Source: Schmidtea polychroa (lineage: Eukaryota). From it: a DNA stretch of 64,000 nucleotides. The stretch lies in NCBI GenBank assembly GCA_044892525.1, contig CM097885.1, positions 34,288,001 through 34,352,000 of the forward strand, read 5' to 3'. Made by a program: the position numbers and the translations under genes. This document shows, one piece after another, positions 1 to 15,594 of the stretch. The notes under the pieces are model-generated. The model had not been told where the DNA came from and did not search any database. It saw only the letters and a program-made list of their open reading frames with translations. Numbering within the stretch: the stretch's first letter is position 1; each line of letters starts with the position of its first letter.

Positions 1-179
1 ATCGCGGCTTATTTACAATAACAGACATCAGCTCATCACTGGTAAATTCCACTAGAGCTTTATTTTCAAATTTTCATCAAACACCAATCTTATTTCCAAC
101 GTTCAAATTCATTATCATTTGAATTCAGATCAATATAATATTTCAATTTCAATATTTGACAAGTGACATAAATTTTTTC

Positions 180-184
180 AAAAA
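180..184 (-). terminator. Pol III oligo-T terminator (TTTTT) just downstream of the tRNA; present in each unit
   Basis: The minus strand after the discriminator A reads ATTAAA TTTTT GAAAAAA. Confidence 0.8.
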
Positions 185-190
185 TTTAAT

Positions 191-263
191 TGCCGCGAAC
201 CGGGATCGAACCAGTGACCTTTAGATCTTCAGTCTAACGCTCTCCCAACTGAGCTATCGCGGC
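191..263 (-). tRNA. tRNA-Phe-GAA: tRNA-Phe(GAA), first complete copy, representative of the array
   Basis: Reverse complement is GCCGCGA TA GCTC AGTTGGGA GAGC G TTAGA CTGAAGA TCTAA AGGTC ACTGG TTCGATC CCGGT TCGCGGC A. It forms a full cloverleaf with anticodon GAA, A and B boxes, no intron and no encoded CCA. Confidence 0.98.
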
Positions 264-3200
264 TTATTTACAATAACAGACATCAGCTCATCACTGGTAA
301 ATTCCACTAGAGCTTTATTTTCAAATTTTCATCAAACACCAATCTTATTTCCAACGTTCAAATTCATTATCATTTGAATTCAGATCAATATAATATTTCA
401 ATTTCAATATTTGACAAGTGACATAAATTTTTTCAAAAATTTAATTGCCGCGAACCGGGATCGAACCAGTGACCTTTAGATCTTCAGTCTAACGCTCTCC
501 CAACTGAGCTATCGCGGCTTATTTACAATAACAGACATCAGCTCATCACTGGTAAATTCCACTAGAGCTTTATTTTCAAATTTTCATCAAACACCAATCT
601 TATTTCCAACGTTCAAATTCATTATCATTTGAATTCAGATCAATATAATATTTCAATTTCAATATTTGACAAGTGACATAAATTTTTTCAAAAATTTAAT
701 TGCCGCGAACCGGGATCGAACCAGTGACCTTTAGATCTTCAGTCTAACGCTCTCCCAACTGAGCTATCGCGGCTTATTTACAATAACAGACATCAGCTCA
801 TCACTGGTAAATTCCACTAGAGCTTTATTTTCAAATTTTCATCAAACACCAATCTTATTTCCAACGTTCAAATTCATTATCATTTGAATTCAGATCAATA
901 TAATATTTCAATTTCAATATTTGACAAGTGACATAAATTTTTTCAAAAATTTAATTGCCGCGAACCGGGATCGAACCAGTGACCTTTAGATCTTCAGTCT
1001 AACGCTCTCCCAACTGAGCTATCGCGGCTTATTTACAATAACAGACATCAGCTCATCACTGGTAAATTCCACTAGAGCTTTATTTTCAAATTTTCATCAA
1101 ACACCAATCTTATTTCCAACGTTCAAATTCATTATCATTTGAATTCAGATCAATATAATATTTCAATTTCAATATTTGACAAGTGACATAAATTTTTTCA
1201 AAAATTTAATTGCCGCGAACCGGGATCGAACCAGTGACCTTTAGATCTTCAGTCTAACGCTCTCCCAACTGAGCTATCGCGGCTTATTTACAATAACAGA
1301 CATCAGCTCATCACTGGTAAATTCCACTAGAGCTTTATTTTCAAATTTTCATCAAACACCAATCTTATTTCCAACGTTCAAATTCATTATCATTTGAATT
1401 CAGATCAATATAATATTTCAATTTCAATATTTGACAAGTGACATAAATTTTTTCAAAAATTTAATTGCCGCGAACCGGGATCGAACCAGTGACCTTTAGA
1501 TCTTCAGTCTAACGCTCTCCCAACTGAGCTATCGCGGCTTATTTACAATAACAGACATCAGCTCATCACTGGTAAATTCCACTAGAGCTTTATTTTCAAA
1601 TTTTCATCAAACACCAATCTTATTTCCAACGTTCAAATTCATTATCATTTGAATTCAGATCAATATAATATTTCAATTTCAATATTTGACAAGTGACATA
1701 AATTTTTTCAAAAATTTAATTGCCGCGAACCGGGATCGAACCAGTGACCTTTAGATCTTCAGTCTAACGCTCTCCCAACTGAGCTATCGCGGCTTATTTA
1801 CAATAACAGACATCAGCTCATCACTGGTAAATTCCACTAGAGCTTTATTTTCAAATTTTCATCAAACACCAATCTTATTTCCAACGTTCAAATTCATTAT
1901 CATTTGAATTCAGATCAATATAATATTTCAATTTCAATATTTGACAAGTGACATAAATTTTTTCAAAAATTTAATTGCCGCGAACCGGGATCGAACCAGT
2001 GACCTTTAGATCTTCAGTCTAACGCTCTCCCAACTGAGCTATCGCGGCTTATTTACAATAACAGACATCAGCTCATCACTGGTAAATTCCACTAGAGCTT
2101 TATTTTCAAATTTTCATCAAACACCAATCTTATTTCCAACGTTCAAATTCATTATCATTTGAATTCAGATCAATATAATATTTCAATTTCAATATTTGAC
2201 AAGTGACATAAATTTTTTCAAAAATTTAATTGCCGCGAACCGGGATCGAACCAGTGACCTTTAGATCTTCAGTCTAACGCTCTCCCAACTGAGCTATCGC
2301 GGCTTATTTACAATAACAGACATCAGCTCATCACTGGTAAATTCCACTAGAGCTTTATTTTCAAATTTTCATCAAACACCAATCTTATTTCCAACGTTCA
2401 AATTCATTATCATTTGAATTCAGATCAATATAATATTTCAATTTCAATATTTGACAAGTGACATAAATTTTTTCAAAAATTTAATTGCCGCGAACCGGGA
2501 TCGAACCAGTGACCTTTAGATCTTCAGTCTAACGCTCTCCCCAACTGAGCTATCGCGGCTTATTTACAATAACAGACATCAGCTCATCACTGGTAAATTC
2601 CACTAGAGCTTTATTTTCAAATTTTCATCAAACACCAATCTTATTTCCAACGTTCAAATTCATTATCATTTGAATTCAGATCAATATAATATTTCAATTT
2701 CAATATTTGACAAGTGACATAAATTTTTTCAAAAATTTAATTGCCGCGAACCGGGATCGAACCAGTGACCTTTAGATCTTCAGTCTAACGCTCTCCCAAC
2801 TGAGCTATCGCGGCTTATTTACAATAACAGACATCAGCTCATCACTGGTAAATTCCACTAGAGCTTTATTTTCAAATTTTCATCAAACACCAATCTTATT
2901 TCCAACGTTCAAATTCATTATCATTTGAATTCAGATCAATATAATATTTCAATTTCAATATTTGACAAGTGACATAAATTTTTTCAAAAATTTAATTGCC
3001 GCGAACCGGGATCGAACCAGTGACCTTTAGATCTTCAGTCTAACGCTCTCCCAACTGAGCTATCGCGGCTTATTTACAATAACAGACATCAGCTCATCAC
3101 TGGTAAATTCCACTAGAGCTTTATTTTCAAATTTTCATCAAACACCAATCTTATTTCCAACGTTCAAATTCATTATCATTTGAATTCAGATCAATATAAT

Positions 3201-6200
3201 ATTTCAATTTCAATATTTGACAAGTGACATAAATTTTTTCAAAAATTTAATTGCCGCGAACCGGGATCGAACCAGTGACCTTTAGATCTTCAGTCTAACG
3301 CTCTCCCAACTGAGCTATCGCGGCTTATTTACAATAACAGACATCAGCTATCACTGGTAAATTCCACTAGAGCTTTATTTTCAAATTTTCATCAAACACC
3401 AATCTTATTTCCAACGTTCAAATTCATTATCATTTGAATTCAGATCAATATAATATTTCAATTTCAATATTTGACAAGTGACATAAATTTTTTCAAAAAT
3501 TTAATTGCCGCGAACCGGGATCGAACCAGTGACCTTTAGATCTTCAGTCTAACGCTCTCCCAACTGAGCTATCGCGGCTTATTTACAATAACAGACATCA
3601 GCTCATCACTGGTAAATTCCACTAGAGCTTTATTTTCAAATTTTCATCAAACACCAATCTTATTTCCAACGTTCAAATTCATTATCATTTGAATTCAGAT
3701 CAATATAATATTTCAATTTCAATATTTGACAAGTGACATAAATTTTTTCAAAAATTTAATTGCCGCGAACCGGGATCGAACCAGTGACCTTTAGATCTTC
3801 AGTCTAACGCTCTCCCAACTGAGCTATCGCGGCTTATTTACAATAACAGACATCAGCTCATCACTGGTAAATTCCACTAGAGCTTTATTTTCAAATTTTC
3901 ATCAAACACCAATCTTATTTCCAACGTTCAAATTCATTATCATTTGAATTCAGATCAATATAATATTTCAATTTCAATATTTGACAAGTGACATAAATTT
4001 TTTCAAAAATTTAATTGCCGCGAACCGGGATCGAACCAGTGACCTTTAGATCTTCAGTCTAACGCTCTCCCAACTGAGCTATCGCGGCTTATTTACAATA
4101 ACAGACATCAGCTCATCACTGGTAAATTCCACTAGAGCTTTATTTTCAAATTTTCATCAAACACCAATCTTATTTCCAACGTTCAAATTCATTATCATTT
4201 GAATTCAGATCAATATAATATTTCAATTTCAATATTTGACAAGTGACATAAATTTTTTCAAAAATTTAATTGCCGCGAACCGGGATCGAACCAGTGACCT
4301 TTAGATCTTCAGTCTAACGCTCTCCCAACTGAGCTATCGCGGCTTATTTACAATAACAGACATCAGCTCATCACTGGTAAAAATTCCACTAGAGCTTTAT
4401 TTTCAAATTTTCATCAAACACCAATCTTATTTCCAACGTTCAAATTCATTATCATTTGAATTCAGATCAATATATATTTCAATTTCAATATTTGACAAGT
4501 GACATAAATTTTTTCAAAAATTTAATTGCCGCGAACCCGGGATCGAACCAGTGACCTTTAGATCTTCAGTCTAACGCTCTCCCAACTGAGCTATCGCGGC
4601 TTATTTACAATAACAGACATCAGCTCATCACTGGTAAATTCCACTAGAGCTTTATTTTCAAATTTTCATCAAACACCAATCTTATTTCCAACGTTCAAAT
4701 TCATTATCATTTGAATTCAGATCAATATAATATTTCAATTTCAATATTTGACAAGTGACATAAATTTTTTCAAAATTTTAATTGCCGCGAACCGGGATCG
4801 AACCAGTGACCTTTAGATCTTCAGTCTAACGCCTCTCCCAACTGAGCTATCGCGGCTTATTTACAATAACAGACATCAGCTCATCACTGTTAAATTCCAC
4901 TAGAGCTTTATTTTCAAATTTTCATCAAACACCAATCTTATTTCCAACGTTCAAATTCATTATCATTTGAATTCAGATCAATATAATATTTTCAATTTCA
5001 ATATTTGACAAGTGACATAAATTTTTTCAAAAATTTAATTGCCGCGAACCGGGATCGAACCAGTGACCTTTAGATCTTCAGTCTAACGCTCTCCCAACTG
5101 AGCTATCGCGGCTTATTTACAATAACAGACATCAGCTCATCACTGTTAAATTCCACTAGAGCTTTATTTTCAAATTTATCAACACCAATCTTATTTCCAA
5201 CGTTCAAATTCATTATCATTTGAATTCAGATCAATATAATATTTCAATTTCAATATTTGACAAGTGACATAAATTTTTTTCAAAAATTTAATTGCCGCGA
5301 ACCGGGATCGAACCAGTGACCTTTTAGATCTTCAGTCTAACGCTCTCCCAACTGAGCTATCGCGGCTTATTTACAATAACAGACAATCAGCTCATCACTG
5401 GTAAAATTCCACTAGAGCTTTATTTTCCAAATTTATCAAACACCAATCTTATTTCCAACGTTCAAATTCATTATCATTTGAATTCAGATCAATATAATAT
5501 TTCAATTTCAATATTTGACAAGTGACATAAATTTTTTCAAAAATTTAATTGCCGCGAACCGGGATCGAACCAGTGACCTTTAGATCTTCAGTCTAACGCT
5601 CTCCCAACTGAGCTATCGCGGCTTATTTACAATAACAGACATCAGCTCATCACTGGTAAATTCCACTAGAGCTTTATTTTCAAATTTTCATCAAACACCA
5701 ATCTTATTTCCAACGTTCAAATTCATTATCATTTGAATTCAGATCAATATAATATTTCAATTTCAATATTTGACAAGTGACATAAATTTTTTCAAAAATT
5801 TAATTGCCGCGAACCGGGATCGAACCAGTGACCTTTAGATCTTCAGTCTAACGCTCTCCCAACTGAGCTATCGCGGCTTATTTACAATAACAGACATCAG
5901 CTCATCACTGGTAAATTCCACTAGAGCTTTATTTTCAAATTTTCATCAAACACCAATCTTATTTCCAACGTTCAAATTCATTATCATTTGAATTCAGATC
6001 AATATAATATTTCAATTTCAATATTTGACAAGTGACATAAATTTTTTCAAAAATTTAATTGCCGCGAACCGGGATCGAACCAGTGACCTTTAGATCTTCA
6101 GTCTAACGCTCTCCCAACTGAGCTATCGCGGCTTATTTACAATAACAGACATCAGCTCATCACTGGTAAATTCCACTAGAGCTTTATTTTCAAATTTTCA

Positions 6201-9200
6201 TCAAACACCAATCTTATTTCCAACGTTCAAATTCATTATCATTTGAATTCAGATCAATATAATATTTCAATTTCAATATTTGACAAGTGACATAAATTTT
6301 TTCAAAAATTTAATTGCCGCGAACCGGGATCGAACCAGTGACCTTTAGATCTTCAGTCTAACGCTCTCCCAACTGAGCTATCGCGGCTTATTTACAATAA
6401 CAGACATCAGCTCATCACTGGTAAATTCCACTAGAGCTTTATTTTCAAATTTTCATCAAACACCAATCTTATTTCCAACGTTCAAATTCATTATCATTTG
6501 AATTCAGATCAATATAATATTTCAATTTCAATATTTGACAAGTGACATAAATTTTTTCAAAAATTTAATTGCCGCGAACCGGGATCGAACCAGTGACCTT
6601 TAGATCTTCAGTCTAACGCTCTCCCAACTGAGCTATCGCGGCTTATTTACAATAACAGACATCAGCTCATCACTGGTAAATTCCACTAGAGCTTTATTTT
6701 CAAATTTTCATCAAACACCAATCTTATTTCCAACGTTCAAATTCATTATCATTTGAATTCAGATCAATATAATATTTCAATTTCAATATTTGACAAGTGA
6801 CATAAATTTTTTCAAAAATTTAATTGCCGCGAACCGGGATCGAACCAGTGACCTTTAGATCTTCAGTCTAACGCTCTCCCAACTGAGCTATCGCGGCTTA
6901 TTTACAATAACAGACATCAGCTCATCACTGGTAAATTCCACTAGAGCTTTATTTTCAAATTTTCATCAAACACCAATCTTATTTCCAACGTTCAAATTCA
7001 TTATCATTTGAATTCAGATCAATATAATATTTCAATTTCAATATTTGACAAGTGACATAAATTTTTTCAAAAATTTAATTGCCGCGAACCGGGATCGAAC
7101 CAGTGACCTTTAGATCTTCAGTCTAACGCTCTCCCAACTGAGCTATCGCGGCTTATTTACAATAACAGACATCAGCTCATCACTGGTAAATTCCACTAGA
7201 GCTTTATTTTCAAATTTTCATCAAACACCAATCTTATTTCCAACGTTCAAATTCATTATCATTTGAATTCAGATCAATATAATATTTCAATTTCAATATT
7301 TGACAAGTGACATAAATTTTTTCAAAAATTTAATTGCCGCGAACCGGGATCGAACCAGTGACCTTTAGATCTTCAGTCTAACGCTCTCCCAACTGAGCTA
7401 TCGCGGCTTATTTACAATAACAGACATCAGCTCATCACTGGTAAATTCCACTAGAGCTTTATTTTCAAATTTTCATCAAACACCAATCTTATTTCCAACG
7501 TTCAAATTCATTATCATTTGAATTCAGATCAATATAATATTTCAATTTCAATATTTGACAAGTGACATAAATTTTTTCAAAAATTTAATTGCCGCGAACC
7601 GGGATCGAACCAGTGACCTTTAGATCTTCAGTCTAACGCTCTCCCAACTGAGCTATCGCGGCTTATTTACAATAACAGACATCAGCTCATCACTGGTAAA
7701 TTCCACTAGAGCTTTATTTTCAAATTTTCATCAAACACCAATCTTATTTCCAACGTTCAAATTCATTATCATTTGAATTCAGATCAATATAATATTTCAA
7801 TTTCAATATTTGACAAGTGACATAAATTTTTTCAAAAATTTAATTGCCGCGAACCGGGATCGAACCAGTGACCTTTAGATCTTCAGTCTAACGCTCTCCC
7901 AACTGAGCTATCGCGGCTTATTTACAATAACAGACATCAGCTCATCACTGGTAAATTCCACTAGAGCTTTATTTTCAAATTTTCATCAAACACCAATCTT
8001 ATTTCCAACGTTCAAATTCATTATCATTTGAATTCAGATCAATATAATATTTCAATTTCAATATTTGACAAGTGACATAAATTTTTTCAAAAATTTAATT
8101 GCCGCGAACCGGGATCGAACCAGTGACCTTTAGATCTTCAGTCTAACGCTCTCCCAACTGAGCTATCGCGGCTTATTTACAATAACAGACATCAGCTCAT
8201 CACTGGTAAATTCCACTAGAGCTTTATTTTCAAATTTTCATCAAACACCAATCTTATTTCCAACGTTCAAATTCATTATCATTTGAATTCAGATCAATAT
8301 AATATTTCAATTTCAATATTTGACAAGTGACATAAATTTTTTCAAAAATTTAATTGCCGCGAACCGGGATCGAACCAGTGACCTTTAGATCTTCAGTCTA
8401 ACGCTCTCCCAACTGAGCTATCGCGGCTTATTTACAATAACAGACATCAGCTCATCACTGGTAAATTCCACTAGAGCTTTATTTTCAAATTTTCATCAAA
8501 CACCAATCTTATTTCCAACGTTCAAATTCATTATCATTTGAATTCAGATCAATATAATATTTCAATTTCAATATTTGACAAGTGACATAAATTTTTTCAA
8601 AAATTTAATTGCCGCGAACCGGGATCGAACCAGTGACCTTTAGATCTTCAGTCTAACGCTCTCCCAACTGAGCTATCGCGGCTTATTTACAATAACAGAC
8701 ATCAGCTCATCACTGGTAAATTCCACTAGAGCTTTATTTTCAAATTTTCATCAAACACCAATCTTATTTCCAACGTTCAAATTCATTATCATTTGAATTC
8801 AGATCAATATAATATTTCAATTTCAATATTTGACAAGTGACATAAATTTTTTCAAAAATTTAATTGCCGCGAACCGGGATCGAACCAGTGACCTTTAGAT
8901 CTTCAGTCTAACGCTCTCCCAACTGAGCTATCGCGGCTTATTTACAATAACAGACATCAGCTCATCACTGGTAAATTCCACTAGAGCTTTATTTTCAAAT
9001 TTTCATCAAACACCAATCTTATTTCCAACGTTCAAATTCATTATCATTTGAATTCAGATCAATATAATATTTCAATTTCAATATTTGACAAGTGACATAA
9101 ATTTTTTCAAAAATTTAATTGCCGCGAACCGGGATCGAACCAGTGACCTTTAGATCTTCAGTCTAACGCTCTCCCAACTGAGCTATCGCGGCTTATTTAC

Positions 9201-12200
9201 AATAACAGACATCAGCTCATCACTGGTAAATTCCACTAGAGCTTTATTTTCAAATTTTCATCAAACACCAATCTTATTTCCAACGTTCAAATTCATTATC
9301 ATTTGAATTCAGATCAATATAATATTTCAATTTCAATATTTGACAAGTGACATAAATTTTTTCAAAAATTTAATTGCCGCGAACCGGGATCGAACCAGTG
9401 ACCTTTAGATCTTCAGTCTAACGCTCTCCCAACTGAGCTATCGCGGCTTATTTACAATAACAGACATCAGCTCATCACTGGTAAATTCCACTAGAGCTTT
9501 ATTTTCAAATTTTCATCAAACACCAATCTTATTTCCAACGTTCAAATTCATTATCATTTGAATTCAGATCAATATAATATTTCAATTTCAATATTTGACA
9601 AGTGACATAAATTTTTTCAAAAATTTAATTGCCGCGAACCGGGATCGAACCAGTGACCTTTAGATCTTCAGTCTAACGCTCTCCCAACTGAGCTATCGCG
9701 GCTTATTTACAATAACAGACATCAGCTCATCACTGGTAAATTCCACTAGAGCTTTATTTTCAAATTTTCATCAAACACCAATCTTATTTCCAACGTTCAA
9801 ATTCATTATCATTTGAATTCAGATCAATATAATATTTCAATTTCAATATTTGACAAGTGACATAAATTTTTTCAAAAATTTAATTGCCGCGAACCGGGAT
9901 CGAACCAGTGACCTTTAGATCTTCAGTCTAACGCTCTCCCAACTGAGCTATCGCGGCTTATTTACAATAACAGACATCAGCTCATCACTGGTAAATTCCA
10001 CTAGAGCTTTATTTTCAAATTTTCATCAAACACCAATCTTATTTCCAACGTTCAAATTCATTATCATTTGAATTCAGATCAATATAATATTTCAATTTCA
10101 ATATTTGACAAGTGACATAAATTTTTTCAAAAATTTAATTGCCGCGAACCGGGATCGAACCAGTGACCTTTAGATCTTCAGTCTAACGCTCTCCCAACTG
10201 AGCTATCGCGGCTTATTTACAATAACAGACATCAGCTCATCACTGGTAAATTCCACTAGAGCTTTATTTTCAAATTTTCATCAAACACCAATCTTATTTC
10301 CAACGTTCAAATTCATTATCATTTGAATTCAGATCAATATAATATTTCAATTTCAATATTTGACAAGTGACATAAATTTTTTCAAAAATTTAATTGCCGC
10401 GAACCGGGATCGAACCAGTGACCTTTAGATCTTCAGTCTAACGCTCTCCCAACTGAGCTATCGCGGCTTATTTACAATAACAGACATCAGCTCATCACTG
10501 GTAAATTCCACTAGAGCTTTATTTTCAAATTTTCATCAAACACCAATCTTATTTCCAACGTTCAAATTCATTATCATTTGAATTCAGATCAATATAATAT
10601 TTCAATTTCAATATTTGACAAGTGACATAAATTTTTTCAAAAATTTAATTGCCGCGAACCGGGATCGAACCAGTGACCTTTAGATCTTCAGTCTAACGCT
10701 CTCCCAACTGAGCTATCGCGGCTTATTTACAATAACAGACATCAGCTCATCACTGGTAAATTCCACTAGAGCTTTATTTTCAAATTTTCATCAAACACCA
10801 ATCTTATTTCCAACGTTCAAATTCATTATCATTTGAATTCAGATCAATATAATATTTCAATTTCAATATTTGACAAGTGACATAAATTTTTTCAAAAATT
10901 TAATTGCCGCGAACCGGGATCGAACCAGTGACCTTTAGATCTTCAGTCTAACGCTCTCCCAACTGAGCTATCGCGGCTTATTTACAATAACAGACATCAG
11001 CTCATCACTGGTAAATTCCACTAGAGCTTTATTTTCAAATTTTCATCAAACACCAATCTTATTTCCAACGTTCAAATTCATTATCATTTGAATTCAGATC
11101 AATATAATATTTCAATTTCAATATTTGACAAGTGACATAAATTTTTTCAAAAATTTAATTGCCGCGAACCGGGATCGAACCAGTGACCTTTAGATCTTCA
11201 GTCTAACGCTCTCCCAACTGAGCTATCGCGGCTTATTTACAATAACAGACATCAGCTCATCACTGGTAAATTCCACTAGAGCTTTATTTTCAAATTTTCA
11301 TCAAACACCAATCTTATTTCCAACGTTCAAATTCATTATCATTTGAATTCAGATCAATATAATATTTCAATTTCAATATTTGACAAGTGACATAAATTTT
11401 TTCAAAAATTTAATTGCCGCGAACCGGGATCGAACCAGTGACCTTTAGATCTTCAGTCTAACGCTCTCCCAACTGAGCTATCGCGGCTTATTTACAATAA
11501 CAGACATCAGCTCATCACTGGTAAATTCCACTAGAGCTTTATTTTCAAATTTTCATCAAACACCAATCTTATTTCCAACGTTCAAATTCATTATCATTTG
11601 AATTCAGATCAATATAATATTTCAATTTCAATATTTGACAAGTGACATAAATTTTTTCAAAAATTTAATTGCCGCGAACCGGGATCGAACCAGTGACCTT
11701 TAGATCTTCAGTCTAACGCTCTCCCAACTGAGCTATCGCGGATTCCACTAGAGCTTTATTTTCAAATTTTCATCAAACACCAATCTTATTTCCAACGTTC
11801 AAATTCATTATCATTTGATTCAGATCAATATAATATTTCAATTTCATATTTGACAAGTGACATAAATTTTTTCAAAAATTTAATTGCCGCGAACCGGGAT
11901 CGAACCAGTGACCTTTAGATCTTCAGTCTAACGCTCTCCCAACTGAGCTATCGCGGCTTATTTACAATAACAGACATCAGCTCATCACTGGTAAATTCCA
12001 CTAGAGCTTTATTTTCAAATTTTCATCAACACCAATCTTATTTCCAACGTTCAAATTCATTATCATTTGAATTCAGATCAATATAATATTTCAATTTCAA
12101 TATTTGACAAGTGACATAAATTTTTTCAAAAATTTAATTGCCGCGAACCGGATCGAACCAGTGACCTTTAGATCTTCAGTCTACCGCTCTCCCAACTGAG

Positions 12201-15200
12201 CTATCGCGGCTTATTTACAATAACAGACATCAGCTCATCACTGGTAAATTCCACTAGAGCTTTATTTTCAAATTTTCATCAAACACCAATCTTATTTCCA
12301 ACGTTCAAATTCATTATCATTTGAATTCAGATCAATATAATATTTCAATTTCAATATTTGACAAGTGACATAAATTTTTCAAAAATTTAATTGCCGCGAA
12401 CCGGGATCGACCAGTGACCTTTAGATCTTCAGTCTAACGCTCTCCCAACTGAGCTATCGCGGCTTATTTACAATAACAGACATCAGCTCATCACTGGTAC
12501 ATTCCACTAGAGCTTTATTTCAAATTTTCATCAAACACCAATCTTATTTCCAACGTTCAAATTCATTATCATTTGAATTCAGATCAATATATATTTCAAT
12601 TTCATATTTGACAAGTGACATAAATTTTTTCAAAAATTTAATTGCCGCGAACCGGGATCGAACCAGTGACCTTTAGATCTTCAGTCTAACGCTCTCCCAA
12701 CTGAGCTATCGCGGCTTATTTACAATAACAGACATCAGCTCATCACTGGTAAATTCCACTAGAGCTTTATTTTCAAATTTTCATCAAACACCAATCTTAT
12801 TTCCAACGTTCAAATTCATTATCATTTGAATTCAGATCAATATAATATTTCAATTTCAATATTTGACAAGTGACATAAATTTTTTCAAAAATATAATTGC
12901 CGCGAACCGGGATCGAACCAGTGACCTTTAGATCTTCAGTCTAACGCTCTCCCAACTGAGCTATCGCGGCTTATTTACAATAACAGACATCAGCTCATCA
13001 CTGGTAAATTCCACTAGAGCTTTATTTTCAAATTTTCATCAAACACCAATCTTATTTCCAACGTTCAAATTCATTATCATTTGAATTCAGATCAATATAA
13101 TATTTCAATTTCAATATTTGACAAGTGACATAAATTTTTTCAAAAATTTAATTGCCGCGAACCGGGATCGAACCAGTGACCTTTAGATCTTCAGTCTAAC
13201 GCTCTCCCAACTGAGCTATCGCGGCTTATTTACAATAACAGACATCAGCTCATCACTGGTAAATTCCACTAGAGCTTTATTTTCAAATTTTCATCAAACA
13301 CCAATCTTATTTCCAACGTTCAAATTCATTATCATTTGAATTCAGATCAATATAATATTTCAATTTCAATATTTGACAAGTGCATAAATTTTTTCAAAAA
13401 TTTAATTGCCGCGAACCGGGATCGAACCAGTGACCTTTAGATCTTCAGTCTAACGCTCTCCCAACTGAGCTATCGCGGCTTATTTACAATAACAGACATC
13501 AGCTCATCACTGGTAAATTCCACTAGAGCTTTATTTTCAAATTTTCATCAAACACCAATCTTATTTCCAACGTTCAAATTCATTATCATTTGAATTCAGA
13601 TCAATATAATATTTCAATTTCAATATTTGACAAGTGACATAAATTTTTTCAAAAATTTAATTGCCGCGAACCGGGATCGAACCAGTGACCTTTAGATCTT
13701 CAGTCTAACGCTCTCCCAACTGAGCTATCGCGGCTTATTTACAATAACAGACATCAGCTCATCACTGGTAAATTCCACTAGAGCTTTATTTTCAAATTTT
13801 CATCAAACACCAATCTTATTTCCAACGTTCAAATTCATTATCATTTGAATTCAGATCAATATAATATTTCAATTTCAATATTTGACAAGTGACATAAATT
13901 TTTTCAAAAATTTAATTGCCGCGAACCGGGATCGAACCAGTGACCTTTAGATCTTCAGTCTAACGCTCTCCCAACTGAGCTATCGCGGCTTATTTACAAT
14001 AACAGACATCAGCTCATCACTGGTAAATTCCACTAGAGCTTTATTTTCAAATTTTCATCAAACACCAATCTTATTTCCAACGTTCAAATTCATTATCATT
14101 TGAATTCAGATCAATATAATATTTCAATTTCAATATTTGACAAGTGACATAAATTTTTTCAAAAATTTAATTGCCGCGAACCGGGATCGAACCAGTGACC
14201 TTTAGATCTTCAGTCTAACGCTCTCCCAACTGAGCTATCGCGGCTTATTTACAATAACAGACATCAGCTCATCACTGGTAAATTCCACTAGAGCTTTATT
14301 TTCAAATTTTCATCAAACACCAATCTTATTTCCAACGTTCAAATTCATTATCATTTGAATTCAGATCAATATAATATTTCAATTTCAATATTTGACAAGT
14401 GACATAAATTTTTTCAAAAATTTAATTGCCGCGAACCGGGATCGAACCAGTGACCTTTAGATCTTCAGTCTAACGCTCTCCCAACTGAGCTATCGCGGCT
14501 TATTTACAATAACAGACATCAGCTCATCACTGGTAAATTCCACTAGAGCTTTATTTTCAAATTTTCATCAAACACCAATCTTATTTCCAACGTTCAAATT
14601 CATTATCATTTGAATTCAGATCAATATAATATTTCAATTTCAATATTTGACAAGTGACATAAATTTTTTCAAAAATTTAATTGCCGCGAACCGGGATCGA
14701 ACCAGTGACCTTTAGATCTTCAGTCTAACGCTCTCCCAACTGAGCTATCGCGGCTTATTTACAATAACAGACATCAGCTCATCACTGGTAAATTCCACTA
14801 GAGCTTTATTTTCAAATTTTCATCAAACACCAATCTTATTTCCAACGTTCAAATTCATTATCATTTGAATTCAGATCAATATAATATTTCAATTTCAATA
14901 TTTGACAAGTGACATAAATTTTTTCAAAAATTTAATTGCCGCGAACCGGGATCGAACCAGTGACCTTTAGATCTTCAGTCTAACGCTCTCCCAACTGAGC
15001 TATCGCGGCTTATTTACAATAACAGACATCAGCTCATCACTGGTAAATTCCACTAGAGCTTTATTTTCAAATTTTCATCAAACACCAATCTTATTTCCAA
15101 CGTTCAAATTCATTATCATTTGAATTCAGATCAATATAATATTTCAATTTCAATATTTGACAAGTGACATAAATTTTTTCAAAAATTTAATTGCCGCGAA

Positions 15201-15526
15201 CCGGGATCGAACCAGTGACCTTTAGATCTTCAGTCTAACGCTCTCCCAACTGAGCTATCGCGGCTTATTTACAATAACAGACATCAGCTCATCACTGGTA
15301 AATTCCACTAGAGCTTTATTTTCAAATTTTCATCAAACACCAATCTTATTTCCAACGTTCAAATTCATTATCATTTGAATTCAGATCAATATAATATTTC
15401 AATTTCAATATTTGACAAGTGACATAAATTTTTTCAAAAATTTAATTGCCGCGAACCGGGATCGAACCAGTGACCTTTAGATCTTCAGTCTAACGCTCTC
15501 CCAACTGAGCTATCGCGGCTTATTTA

Positions 15527-15594
15527 CGAACCGGGATCGAACCAGTGACCTTTAGATCTTCAGTCTAACGCTCTCCCAACTGAGCTATCGCGGC
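15527..15594 (-). pseudogene. 3'-truncated tRNA-Phe copy in a shortened 75-bp unit (180-bp deletion)
   Basis: The plus strand reads ...cggcttattta-c-gaaccgggatc..., so most of the spacer and the last ~5 tRNA nucleotides are missing. Confidence 0.75.

Noticed and set aside
4380..5440. Cluster of unit variants (similar clusters at ~11800-12900 and ~36700-41700)
   Set aside because: Mostly single homopolymer indels typical of low-coverage long-read consensus error.
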